60,503 nucleotides of DNA from a virus (lineage: Duplodnaviria; Caudoviricetes), in IMG/VR virus record IMGVR_UViG_3300021478_000004, positions 1 to 60,503 of that record; one strand, given 5' to 3'. Below the pieces are notes generated by a model. The model was not told the DNA's origin. It did not search any database and saw only the letters and a program-made list of their open reading frames with translations. Within the stretch, counting starts at the first letter, position 1. The number at the start of each line of letters is the position of its first letter. This document shows positions 43,659-52,794 of the stretch, in pieces. A program made the translations under genes and the position numbers.

Positions 43659-45944
43659 TTACGGTAGCGCACACGTCGGCATTTTGCCTTGCTGAAAGCA
43701 GTACATCGCAGGCAACAGAACCGACGTCCCGCCACTTCCGCCAGAAGTCGCCCCCGTCGTCGGGCTGACCCACGGCCAAGGATGCGTGCCGAAAAAAGAT
43801 GGCTTGGAGGCTAAGTAGAACGAGTTCGGCAGCGCTGTCGCCGCCCCGGTGCATGCCGTCGTCGCCGCGGAACCGAACGTATAGCAACTCTCAGCGCTAG
43901 ACACCCAATCCCAGTTAGCCAGCCTAGTTATTGTGTTGACTGTGGTCGGGTCGTACGAATTGATTCCGCCTGGAGCCGTGTACTCGCCGAGAATCCACAT
44001 CGGCACATCGTTTCCAGCAATCATAGCGTTATAATCAGTATTAGTCGTGACCTGGACCATAAAGGCGGTCTGCGTCTGGGTACAGGTATAGCCGGGTCGG
44101 CCTGACTCATTGATGAGCGTCTGCCCGCTATATCCTAAAACGTTGCCGACGAAACCGTTGTAGAAACTCGCCTTCTGAACCTGGATTGGAGCTCGGCTAT
44201 CCCCGCGATAATCGCCGTAGTAGATCGTGCCGCAACCGGTGCCGCTAGCCGAATACGTATTAAGCGGCGCGTATCCAGCATTCGGAGGCGATGATGCGCG
44301 AAGTCCCGAGAACCAATTGCGATACGCCGAAATAAAGATTGCTGAACCCCAGTAGGAATCGCCAGCGAAGTTAGCCCCGTAGTTTCCCTCCATAAGTCCT
44401 AGATGCGTCGAGTAGTTGTGGGCGTCGTTCCAACCAGACTCGGGCTCGTCTGGGTAAGTGAAACCGAAGCTATCGTCGCCATAGTTGTACGCTAGAACAT
44501 TGCCGCCACCAGCCGTCTGCATGACGTCATATTTGTTACCATACCACATGACATTGTTCTCAATTAAAGTTTCGGTCGAACCACTGCTGATCGCGGTAAG
44601 ATAGCCCGCGCCGCCGTTTTCCGGCACGGCAGCTTCGTGGATGAATGAATCGCGAATGACGTCGTGATAGCCCCAGGCGATGCAAATGGCGCAACCTGTC
44701 GACCACATCGTCTCGACGTTCTTTACCCAGCAGTAGGCGCACGGATTGCCGCCGCCGTTGCCAAGTCCAATGTTGGTATTGACCCCGCCCCACACGAACA
44801 TGTTCTCGATGCCGCCGCCATGCTGCGGCGTCTGGCTCCAGGTCGTCACCTGCGCGTCGCAACCGCTGCAAGTCGAGGATGTGTGATATGGGTACATGAT
44901 TGGGGTCACGAACGTAATTGTGGCCCCGCTGACGGAAGCAACCTCCTTTTGCTCAGTGATGTTTCTTCCTGTTGCCCTGGTAAAGCCGCTGAAATTATTT
45001 CCGACATAGGTGTTAGGATCGTTGGCGGAATTCTCATCAAGAATTATCAAATCCCCTTGATTGATAGCCGGGCTCGGCGTGGCCGTAAGCGTGACGCTGA
45101 AGGCCCCCTGCACGGCGTCGGCCGCGAGGTCATAGGACGTCCCATAGAAAGTGTTGTTGCGCCACATCGTAAAGAGGCTGTTTGAGCCCGTGCGCGTGGT
45201 CTGGACGAGTTGGGTCGCGGTCGAATCGGTGCAATAATTTCCACCATTGATTGTGACGAGCGTGCCGCCGACGCAGGCACGGATCGCGGTCCCGCCATTG
45301 ACTGGATTGAGGCTCGTGCTCTTTTGAGCACCTGCGCCCGAGCCGCGCATCGTGCATCCGGAGACATCCATGTGGATGCCGCCGTTAACACTGTCGATCT
45401 TGAATACGCCGAGCGAAAGCAGCACGACCTGACCGGCGGGGCAGGCGGCAAGCGCGTTGTTGATCTGCGCCGTGTCGTCACCGCCGCTCGGCGTTAGCGT
45501 CGTGGAGATTGTAGAACGGTTCGGGATGCCGTTTGCCGTCATCGCTATGGGCGAACCTGAACTACCGACCGTCTGTGAGGGGCTGATGGTGTAGGTTCCC
45601 GTGTCTCCCGCGCCGCTCCCCATGGCCGTTATCGTCGTGCCGCTCGTCACCCCTGGCCCGGTGATGGCCTGACTTGGCCCCAGAGCATTGGAATGCGAGG
45701 TCGTGACGGTCAGCGTGGTCCCGGCGATATAGCCCGAGAGCGGGATCGCCTGGAGCCCCGCTGTTTGCCAATTCGCCCATCCGTCTGCCGCAGTCGGGAG
45801 CAGCCCTGCAGTCGGATCGCCGCCTCCACCACCGCCGCCGCCCTGGAGAGTGATGCCTGGGATGAGGAATTGCGCCGCCGCCGAAGCTGCGACGAGCAGC
45901 CCACTAACGAGTGCGGCGCATAGCAGTTTGACGAACGCCCTCAT
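43659..45944 (-). CDS. Beta-helix tailspike/depolymerase-like protein (pectate-lyase-like fold) with signal peptide, 761 aa
   Basis: MRAFVKLLCAALVSGLLVAASAAA|Q; GGDDTAQINNALAACPAGQVVLL..G.F, T.RG.G, CAYCWVKNVE, LIENN. Confidence 0.8.
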   Translation of the reverse strand: MRAFVKLLCAALVSGLLVAASAAAQFLIPGITLQGGGGGGGGDPTAGLLPTAADGWANWQTAGLQAIPLSGYIAGTTLTVTTSHSNALGPSQAITGPGVTSGTTITAMGSGAGDTGTYTISPSQTVGSSGSPIAMTANGIPNRSTISTTLTPSGGDDTAQINNALAACPAGQVVLLSLGVFKIDSVNGGIHMDVSGCTMRGSGAGAQKSTSLNPVNGGTAIRACVGGTLVTINGGNYCTDSTATQLVQTTRTGSNSLFTMWRNNTFYGTSYDLAADAVQGAFSVTLTATPSPAINQGDLIILDENSANDPNTYVGNNFSGFTRATGRNITEQKEVASVSGATITFVTPIMYPYHTSSTCSGCDAQVTTWSQTPQHGGGIENMFVWGGVNTNIGLGNGGGNPCAYCWVKNVETMWSTGCAICIAWGYHDVIRDSFIHEAAVPENGGAGYLTAISSGSTETLIENNVMWYGNKYDVMQTAGGGNVLAYNYGDDSFGFTYPDEPESGWNDAHNYSTHLGLMEGNYGANFAGDSYWGSAIFISAYRNWFSGLRASSPPNAGYAPLNTYSASGTGCGTIYYGDYRGDSRAPIQVQKASFYNGFVGNVLGYSGQTLINESGRPGYTCTQTQTAFMVQVTTNTDYNAMIAGNDVPMWILGEYTAPGGINSYDPTTVNTITRLANWDWVSSAESCYTFGSAATTACTGAATALPNSFYLASKPSFFGTHPWPWVSPTTGATSGGSGGTSVLLPAMYCFQQGKMPTCALP

Positions 45945-46300
45945 GGAAGGGTCGTCCCGCTCCCTGCCGGATAGGTTTGAGCCACCCCGGCCGAGATCAA
46001 CGACAAATTGAACTTGTTGCTGGCCAGCCCGACGACTTGGAGGGCCGCGTCGCTGATGGACACGGCACCAGCCCAATTTGACGGGGAAACGACGCAATTA
46101 AACATCACTGTCCCCGCAGGCGCGGCAGAAGCCAAGCCGGACGCCGCCGCCGTTGGCGTGCATACGGTCCCCGTGGATGCAGGCCCCGACAAGGTAAAAC
46201 TCGGGATAGTCAGCGATGCGGCATGCGCTTTGAAGCGACCTGCGGTAGGAACTGACAGCAGTGCGAGTAGCGCGGTCGACAGAAGGAGCTTTCTCATCAC
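45941..46300 (-). CDS. Secreted beta-rich protein
   Basis: MRKLLLSTALLALLSVPT...AHA| leader. Confidence 0.7.
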   Translation of the reverse strand: MMRKLLLSTALLALLSVPTAGRFKAHAASLTIPSFTLSGPASTGTVCTPTAAASGLASAAPAGTVMFNCVVSPSNWAGAVSISDAALQVVGLASNKFNLSLISAGVAQTYPAGSGTTLP

Positions 46301-46605
46301 TTCGGCCCCGGGACTGGCGCGGGCGCTGGCGGTGCAGGCGGGGCAGGCGGGGCAGGCGGGGGATTCTTCGCCTTCTCCAATTCGTCTTTCAGCTTGACGA
46401 CTTCCGCTTGGGCGCGTGCCAACAGGATCGCCTGTCCGGCTTCTCGCTCGTGTTCTGCTGCAAGCTGGTCCTCGAAGCTCTGCTTCATCGCTGTGATATC
46501 TTCGCCCGTCTGCACGGCTATCATCCCATTTGGCGCGGCGTGCGCGTAGTTCGCGGCAAGGATGATGCCGACTGCGCCGTATTTGATTGCGTGTTTCATT
46601 TGCAT
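46297..46605 (-). CDS. Secreted coiled-coil protein with Pro-rich tail (possible fibre chaperone)
   Basis: AGGAG RBS; MKHAIKYGAVGIILAANYAHA| leader. Confidence 0.65.
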   Translation of the reverse strand: MQMKHAIKYGAVGIILAANYAHAAPNGMIAVQTGEDITAMKQSFEDQLAAEHEREAGQAILLARAQAEVVKLKDELEKAKNPPPAPPAPPAPPAPAPVPGPK

Positions 46606-46622
46606 TTTTCCAGTTCTCCTAG

Positions 46623-49157
46623 TCACATCCCCATTACGGTCCAGTTGCCTAGCTCATTACAGTGAGCCAGCGTGGCGTGAGTTCCATTGGCCGAGATCGT
46701 CACACCAGCATTGCTCGGCGTATTCGCTAGATTGGTCAGCATATTAGCAAAAGCTCCGGAGAGACCAGCGGTTGAGCATGGGGGGAACGTCGTGAAATTG
46801 GCCGGGGGGTTGCCGAAGATGCCGGGCCATTTCAACTCGGCTATGGCTGCGGCTCCCCCGACATTGGTTGAGTTGATTCCTTGCAGAAGACCGCTGCCGC
46901 TGTTGACCATTTGGAATTCAAATCCACCAATAGCGGTATTGGTCTTGATATATTCCGGACCCCACAATATTTCACTACAAAGGTCGGTGGCGCAGCCTGC
47001 ATTCGTTCCTGCAACCATCTTTATAGCGGGACCAGTCACATGATTGCCAACAAGCAGAGCCGTCACAGCGAAATCAATGTTGAGTGCGTTCAACCATGCC
47101 GGGGTTTCCAGCGCTCCGGCCGGCTGCTGGCTTGATATGCGAAGACCATACTGACCCTGTGTCGATCCGAGATTCTCAATGTCGTCAAACCCGGCGAATG
47201 TGCCTCCAGGGGTATAGACAGCTATATGATGCTGATAAGCCACCACATAAGGGTAAGGAACAACCGCGTACTCGATGGCGTCACTGACGGCCCAGGCAGA
47301 AGGCGTGCCGACACTTTCGAAAACGATTTGTCCGGTGATAGTCCCGAAGTTCATTATCAAAGCGCAGGGGGCTATCGTGTAGGTTTTAATAGTTCCGACG
47401 CCAATACCCGAGTAACCGCCCCCTCCAGAAGTATTAGGAGAATTGACGGTCAAATGGGTTGGGTCATCATTGCTGATGATTTGATACCACGATTTCAGCG
47501 GGCCAAGGGTCGTCCCCGGCGTACCATTGAACGGCGCACCCGTATATGTGTCCGCGTCGAGCGCAATGCAGCCAATATTACCATCATTGCCACCAACCAT
47601 GTTATGGGTCCAAGTCGTGCCTGACCCAGTAAAAGTGGCCCCGGAAATGGATGTGACTGTTCCCGTGGTATAAGTTGGCTGTGTGAGGTCGACAGCCCAT
47701 CGCCCCTGACCAGATTGATTGGCCGTGTTCATCTGAATTAGAAGAGCTGGTGTGACGGTGACGCCTGTGGTGGCGGCGACAAGAACAGAGAAACCGGTAT
47801 AAGAGCCCCCGGGAGTCGCGATAGTTGCAGATAGGGAGTCGCCAGCGGTGTAGTTCTTGCCAGGGGTTTGGACGCTGTTTGGTTCTATGAAGGACACAGA
47901 GGTCACAACGCCGCTAGCAATGATGATGGTGGCTTTTGCCAGGGTGCCCGTACCGCCGGCGAGGGCGACATTGGTGTAAGTTCCGTCGCACGTTGATCCT
48001 CCACCTGCGCAGGTTCCCGAAGTGATCGCCCCGAACGTCGCAATTATTCCGTTGTTGTAATTCGCGCGAACGATGCCTGAAATCGTGTTCGTTCCGCAGG
48101 CAGTGATTTGCATCGCCGTTTTGGTATCTTGCGAAGACGCGAATTGCTGAGCAAAAATGACCCAGTCTCCGACGTTACACCCTGTGTTGTCGACGACCGT
48201 GACCGTCTGAACGGTTTTTGCTCCAACTATAGCCTGCGTTGTGACGGTGTTCACGGTCGATTGTGTCGGTACGACAGTTATCGTGGCTAGTGTCAACGCG
48301 CCCAGGGTTTGCTGGAGCAGGTTGACGTCAGTAAATCCTTCGCCCTCGTCTCCAGCTATCGGGCCGTTATAAAAATACACGAACGTCGTGTTGGCTGCAC
48401 AATCGCTTTTTCCGCCGTAACACGTTATCTGATCACCCGTAAGCAACCTCTGCCCGGAGGCGAGATAAGTGCCCTGAATCAGCAATGCCTGCATCGTGGT
48501 TTTAACTGAATTGGTTCCATAATATAATGATGAGAAAATTGCATCTCCTTGAGTTACTGATTGCTGGTCCCAAATACAAACATTATCATGGAATCCGGAT
48601 GTAGGGAGGAGAACATTGTTGCCTACACAACTGAATTCGTTGGAAAATATGTCAGTGGTAAGTCCTGACGCGTTGGCATTTGGCCCCTGCGTAAAAATAC
48701 CCCCGGGCAGAGTCCCTGTCCCCAGCGTAAGAATGCCGGCCCCATATTTGATCTGGTTGTTGTCGCCAAGAAGGAGGTTTCCGCTAGACGAAAGCAGGCC
48801 GCTGTTAGCGCTCACGTTGAGGAAAGCGACATTGCCGATCGTCCCCGTGGTCGCTGGAAACGTGATCGTCTTCGAGCCCAGCGCGCCTGTGGTCGGCTGC
48901 AATACAATCGTACCGCTCGTCGCATTCCCCATCGTGATCGAGCCGAGCGTGCCGCTCTTGCCGAGTTGCAGGCCTCCGGGAGAGGTATAGACGACATTGC
49001 CGCTATCGCCTCCGAGGGAGAACGCGCCGCCCGTAGCCGTGAGACCTCCCGTAGGGGAGGCCGTAGCGGGGCTACCGCCGTTCCGCACCGACTGCGCAAG
49101 CGTCGGCGACGCCAGCAACAGGCATACGACCATGGCGAATAGAGGCTTCATCATCAT
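46623..49157 (-). CDS. Tail fibre/adhesin-like protein with signal peptide (844 aa), paralog of 52795..54852
   Basis: MKPLFAMVVCLLLASPTLA|Q; GNATSGTI.LQP..GALG...IT.PATTGT fibre motif; Thr/Gly-rich. Confidence 0.75.
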   Translation of the reverse strand: MMMKPLFAMVVCLLLASPTLAQSVRNGGSPATASPTGGLTATGGAFSLGGDSGNVVYTSPGGLQLGKSGTLGSITMGNATSGTIVLQPTTGALGSKTITFPATTGTIGNVAFLNVSANSGLLSSSGNLLLGDNNQIKYGAGILTLGTGTLPGGIFTQGPNANASGLTTDIFSNEFSCVGNNVLLPTSGFHDNVCIWDQQSVTQGDAIFSSLYYGTNSVKTTMQALLIQGTYLASGQRLLTGDQITCYGGKSDCAANTTFVYFYNGPIAGDEGEGFTDVNLLQQTLGALTLATITVVPTQSTVNTVTTQAIVGAKTVQTVTVVDNTGCNVGDWVIFAQQFASSQDTKTAMQITACGTNTISGIVRANYNNGIIATFGAITSGTCAGGGSTCDGTYTNVALAGGTGTLAKATIIIASGVVTSVSFIEPNSVQTPGKNYTAGDSLSATIATPGGSYTGFSVLVAATTGVTVTPALLIQMNTANQSGQGRWAVDLTQPTYTTGTVTSISGATFTGSGTTWTHNMVGGNDGNIGCIALDADTYTGAPFNGTPGTTLGPLKSWYQIISNDDPTHLTVNSPNTSGGGGYSGIGVGTIKTYTIAPCALIMNFGTITGQIVFESVGTPSAWAVSDAIEYAVVPYPYVVAYQHHIAVYTPGGTFAGFDDIENLGSTQGQYGLRISSQQPAGALETPAWLNALNIDFAVTALLVGNHVTGPAIKMVAGTNAGCATDLCSEILWGPEYIKTNTAIGGFEFQMVNSGSGLLQGINSTNVGGAAAIAELKWPGIFGNPPANFTTFPPCSTAGLSGAFANMLTNLANTPSNAGVTISANGTHATLAHCNELGNWTVMGM

Positions 49158-49912
49158 TGATAATCCGCGCTTATGTAGGCCGTGTCCGTGCCGGTGGTGA
49201 ACGTGAACGGATTCGCAGCCGTCGACACCAGGATCACGATCCCGGTTCCGTATTGTCTGGGGAATGGAATGCGATCCAGCGAACAACCCATCGCACCAGC
49301 GGCGAACTGGCAACTATCAAGCACCTGCGCTCCTGTGAGCGAGCTACCGGGGACGGTCGTAGAGTTGTACGCGATACACCATCCCGCCGCGCCACCCACC
49401 ACGTTGCAGTAGAATCCGTAGAGGTTCCCGGCCGAGGCCTTGCAGATGTGCGAGGCCTCCATCGCCGTGCTCGAACATGTGCTCGTCGCCGCGGACGATG
49501 CGCTCGATGGCAGTTGATTGGCCGCCGTAGCAGCGCCATTCAGCGTTCCAAGATTAAATGTCGGAGTCGCGGCAAACGCCGGAAGAGTGCTACCAGCCAG
49601 AGAGGCAAAGATCGGATTGCTGGACGAAAGGACCGACCCGCCCTGCATCAGCACGACGGCGAGCGGGACGCCTCCGGTCAGTCCTTGGACTGCGAGGCCG
49701 TTTGTTCCCGGGGTTCCGGCTGGATTTACTGACGCCAGGACGGCACATGCTGCACCGTCACAGATAGCGCCGTTACCAAATAACTTGCTCGCCCCGTCCG
49801 TCCCAAATCTAAATGGGGTAGTCGAGCCGGGATTGGCTAAAAATGTCGTCTGTGCTAGCGCTGGCGAACTCAGCCCTAGCGCCAACAGAATCGCGGCGAC
49901 CTTCAGTCTCAT
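49154..49912 (-). CDS. Secreted virion-type protein (252 aa)
   Basis: MRLKVAAILLALGLSSPALA|Q; TLPAFAATPTFN, GAATAANQ, KASAGNLYG motifs. Confidence 0.7.
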   Translation of the reverse strand: MRLKVAAILLALGLSSPALAQTTFLANPGSTTPFRFGTDGASKLFGNGAICDGAACAVLASVNPAGTPGTNGLAVQGLTGGVPLAVVLMQGGSVLSSSNPIFASLAGSTLPAFAATPTFNLGTLNGAATAANQLPSSASSAATSTCSSTAMEASHICKASAGNLYGFYCNVVGGAAGWCIAYNSTTVPGSSLTGAQVLDSCQFAAGAMGCSLDRIPFPRQYGTGIVILVSTAANPFTFTTGTDTAYISADYQ

Positions 49913-50106
49913 TGAAACGGCTCCGCTAGTATGAAGATATATTGGCTGTTGCAAGGGTCGCTGAAATCAAACGAGTTCGAGCACGCAGGAGGCGTTCCTC
50001 CCGTCGCGACGATTCCTTGGAGCAGAAATTGCGCGATGGTGTCCGTGCTCCCGAGGATCGAGGCGCAGACGCCGATCAGCAGGGCGGCGATAAAATTTCT
50101 CTGCAT
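49909..50106 (-). CDS. Small secreted protein
   Basis: Leader ...DTIA|QFLLQGI; CSNSFDFS..CNSQY. Confidence 0.6.
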   Translation of the reverse strand: MQRNFIAALLIGVCASILGSTDTIAQFLLQGIVATGGTPPACSNSFDFSDPCNSQYIFILAEPFQ

Positions 50107-52352
50107 CAGAAGAACTCGACGACGATTATCAAGCCAGGCCCGCCGTTGCCGCCCGCGCCGGGAACACCGCCGTTGGTCATGGAACCGCCACCGCCACCGC
50201 CGGACGCGATCCCTCCGAGACCGCCGTTGCCGGCCGTTCCAGATATTCCCGAACCGCCGCCACCCGCGCCCGTACCGGCGGCAAACAACGCGGTTCCCGC
50301 TCCGGTAATCCCAGGATTCCCGGAAGAACCGGCCGCGCCGCCAGTTGCGCCAGACTGGTTTGCACCCGTGCCAAAGAGCGCGCCGCCGTTGCCACCGGCA
50401 GTGGCGGCATTAGCCGCTGAAACTCCGCCGCCAGCACCGCCGCCAGCACCGCCGTTGTAGGCGAGGAATCCGACCCCTCCGAGGGCTCCATTAGCGCCGA
50501 TGCCGCCCGCCGACCCGGAGTATGTGGTGGTCGCACTAGCGCCGCTGCCGCCTCCGGGAGCCCCGGCGGTGCCGTTGGTTGCGCTGGTGGCATTTCCACC
50601 TTGGCCGGAAAGACCCGCGCCACCACCACCGCCTGCGGCCGCAGCTAGTTGTCCTCCAGCGCCACCGCCACCGCGTATCCCTGCGAGTATTATGGGGCCA
50701 GGTGCGCCGAATGAGCTATTGCCTACCGCTGAAACGCCGTTGCCTCCGGCCGTCGTATTGGCCGTAGCCGCTAGGCCACCCGTGCCACTGATGCCGACGG
50801 TCATGGTTTGCGAGGCTCCAATTACGGCCGCCGTGAACCTGCCGACGTTCAGGCTTCCGCCGCCACCACCGCCAGCGCCCGAAACTGCTGTCGAAGCAAC
50901 TTGCAGAGCTCCACCGCCGCCCCCGCCGCCGCCTCCATAGGCATAAACATCACAGATCACCATTCCAGCGGTCGGCGTATAGGTCTGAGTGATAGCCGCC
51001 CAAGTGATGACGAACGTGCCGCCCGTTCCCACCCCTGACGTGCTTCCCTGCGTCGATGGATTGCTCGTGGGGAGAACCGTGCAGCTTCCCGCTGTCGTAA
51101 CGGCTAGCGCTGTGATCGCTCCGGCGCTGGCGGTGACGGTCAGGACGGGCGCAGTCGAACACGTCCCGCCCGTCGTCGACACGGTGATCGTATCGTTGGT
51201 GACGTAGCCAGACCCCACTGCCGCGACGGCGGCCGATCCGACTTTCGCGAGCTGCGAAAAGGTTTGGATGTTTGGCGCGTGATGAATGACGCTCGATGCC
51301 AGTATGCCGGAATCCTGAAGCGTCTGTCCGCCCGTGCCGTTGAACGACACGAGGTTGCCGCTTACCGAGGAGCCTGGGCCTGACGCCGTACCCAGCGTCA
51401 CGGAGGCGGAAGGGAATGTGTATGTGAAGCCCGCCGCTCCAAAGGCAAGCGTGGTAGTCCCCGCGCCCGTGGTCGTCAGCGGGCCGCCGAGCGTCAGCGC
51501 CTTGCCGTTGATCGACGTGCAGGTGATGTTCGGGGCCGTGAACGTGCAATCGCCGCCGAGGGTAAAGGTGCTCGGCGCTGCGCCAGCCCCTCCGCCCTCC
51601 ACGAGAGAGCCCGCGGCAAGCGCGGCGCTCGACGCCCATGTGGTGGCCGAACTGAAATAGGAAATACCGCCGCTCGTGCCTGCCACTGTGAAGGCTGGGG
51701 TCGTGGTGGGCGTCGCGACGCTGATCAATCCACCAGCGAAGCTGGCGCTGGTGACGGTTCCTGTTCCTCCGGGAGCTCCGCCGTCTTGCAGCAGTTGCCC
51801 CGTCGCCCCGCTGAACGTTGCGATATGCCCGCTCGTCGCGCTCGGTGGCCCGCGCACATAAGGACCACCCCCGCATTGCCAGTTAGTTCCGTCGAACGCG
51901 ATACCGACCCCTTGGTTCTGTTGCAGCACGACCGTCGCCGAACCGCAAATCGTTCCCGTCGTGGGGGTGATCGTTTCAGCGCCTGCGCCGGTATTTACAA
52001 TGTTGATGAAATTGTTGGCGACGAAAGACGCTGTTGGCAGGCTCGGCGCGCGAGGGGTTCCGTCAGAAAGGATGACCAACTTGCCACAATCGGAGGCAAG
52101 GAACGTGTACGCGCTCCCGGCCGCCGGGGCATTGGGGACGACGGCCCCGCTAACCGTCCCGCTCGTGGTGATCGGTCCGCCGGAGACGCCGCAGGACGTG
52201 GCGACCGAGGTGACGGTGCCTGTTCCGCCGCCGCCTCCCCCGCCGCCGCTGCCCCCACTGCCCTGCCCGAGGGGAACCGGCGGCCAGTTCTGGGCGAGCG
52301 CCGATGTGGCGAACAGCGCAGCCGCGAAGAGAGCGGCGATTATCCGCTTCAT
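50106..52352 (-). CDS. Glycine-rich tail fibre-like protein with signal peptide (748 aa)
   Basis: MKRIIAALFAAALFATSALA|Q; GTGTVTSV repeats, GP.S..SG....F.G.TG..LQD repeats, TYTPTAGM...GGGGGG to G.GGPG.IIV.EF glycine-rich domain. Confidence 0.8.
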   Translation of the reverse strand: MKRIIAALFAAALFATSALAQNWPPVPLGQGSGGSGGGGGGGGTGTVTSVATSCGVSGGPITTSGTVSGAVVPNAPAAGSAYTFLASDCGKLVILSDGTPRAPSLPTASFVANNFINIVNTGAGAETITPTTGTICGSATVVLQQNQGVGIAFDGTNWQCGGGPYVRGPPSATSGHIATFSGATGQLLQDGGAPGGTGTVTSASFAGGLISVATPTTTPAFTVAGTSGGISYFSSATTWASSAALAAGSLVEGGGAGAAPSTFTLGGDCTFTAPNITCTSINGKALTLGGPLTTTGAGTTTLAFGAAGFTYTFPSASVTLGTASGPGSSVSGNLVSFNGTGGQTLQDSGILASSVIHHAPNIQTFSQLAKVGSAAVAAVGSGYVTNDTITVSTTGGTCSTAPVLTVTASAGAITALAVTTAGSCTVLPTSNPSTQGSTSGVGTGGTFVITWAAITQTYTPTAGMVICDVYAYGGGGGGGGGALQVASTAVSGAGGGGGGSLNVGRFTAAVIGASQTMTVGISGTGGLAATANTTAGGNGVSAVGNSSFGAPGPIILAGIRGGGGAGGQLAAAAGGGGGAGLSGQGGNATSATNGTAGAPGGGSGASATTTYSGSAGGIGANGALGGVGFLAYNGGAGGGAGGGVSAANAATAGGNGGALFGTGANQSGATGGAAGSSGNPGITGAGTALFAAGTGAGGGGSGISGTAGNGGLGGIASGGGGGGSMTNGGVPGAGGNGGPGLIIVVEFF

Positions 52353-52362
52353 GAACTCAGCC

Positions 52363-52767
52363 TCAGTTGTTGGTGTAATAGAGTACGTCTAGCGTCGCGC
52401 TCCCGCTGACGGCGATGAACCGCATAGCCTGGAGTTGGACGAGCGATCCTCCGTAAACAGCAGGTCCGATAGTCCAGAGGTTACCTAACGTCGTCGTCGG
52501 ATTGGTCCCGTCATCCAACATTCTGATGGACGCAGTTTCGACCGTAAACTCCGCTATCGTCGCCGTAGGAGGAACTGTTAGCGCCACTACGGCTCCCGAT
52601 GTGATCGTCAGTTGCTGATGGGTGTTCGGCCCAGCCGACTTGAACATATTGATAGGCGCGGTAGCTATGAGACCTCCACCGCCCGCGCCAGTGTTGTTTT
52701 GCGCTGCGGACGGCGCGGCGGAGATCGCAAGCAAGATCACCGCGAGAAGCGGCTTGCGGAGTTTCAT
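52363..52767 (-). CDS. Secreted small beta protein
   Basis: MKLRKPLLAVILLAISAAPSAA|Q; LTVP..A...E...IR..DDGT.PT...G. Confidence 0.75.
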   Translation of the reverse strand: MKLRKPLLAVILLAISAAPSAAQNNTGAGGGGLIATAPINMFKSAGPNTHQQLTITSGAVVALTVPPTATIAEFTVETASIRMLDDGTNPTTTLGNLWTIGPAVYGGSLVQLQAMRFIAVSGSATLDVLYYTNN

Positions 52768-52794
52768 GTCTTGGATTCCTTCAGTCGGAGGCCC

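Noticed and set aside
46325-46362. GCAGGCGGG tandem repeats
   Set aside because: They simply encode a Pro-Ala-Pro low-complexity tail.
49942-50940. Long Pro-rich plus-strand ORFs (and similar shadow ORFs genome-wide)
   Set aside because: Antisense shadows of Gly-rich minus-strand genes in high-GC DNA; no RBS or domain evidence.
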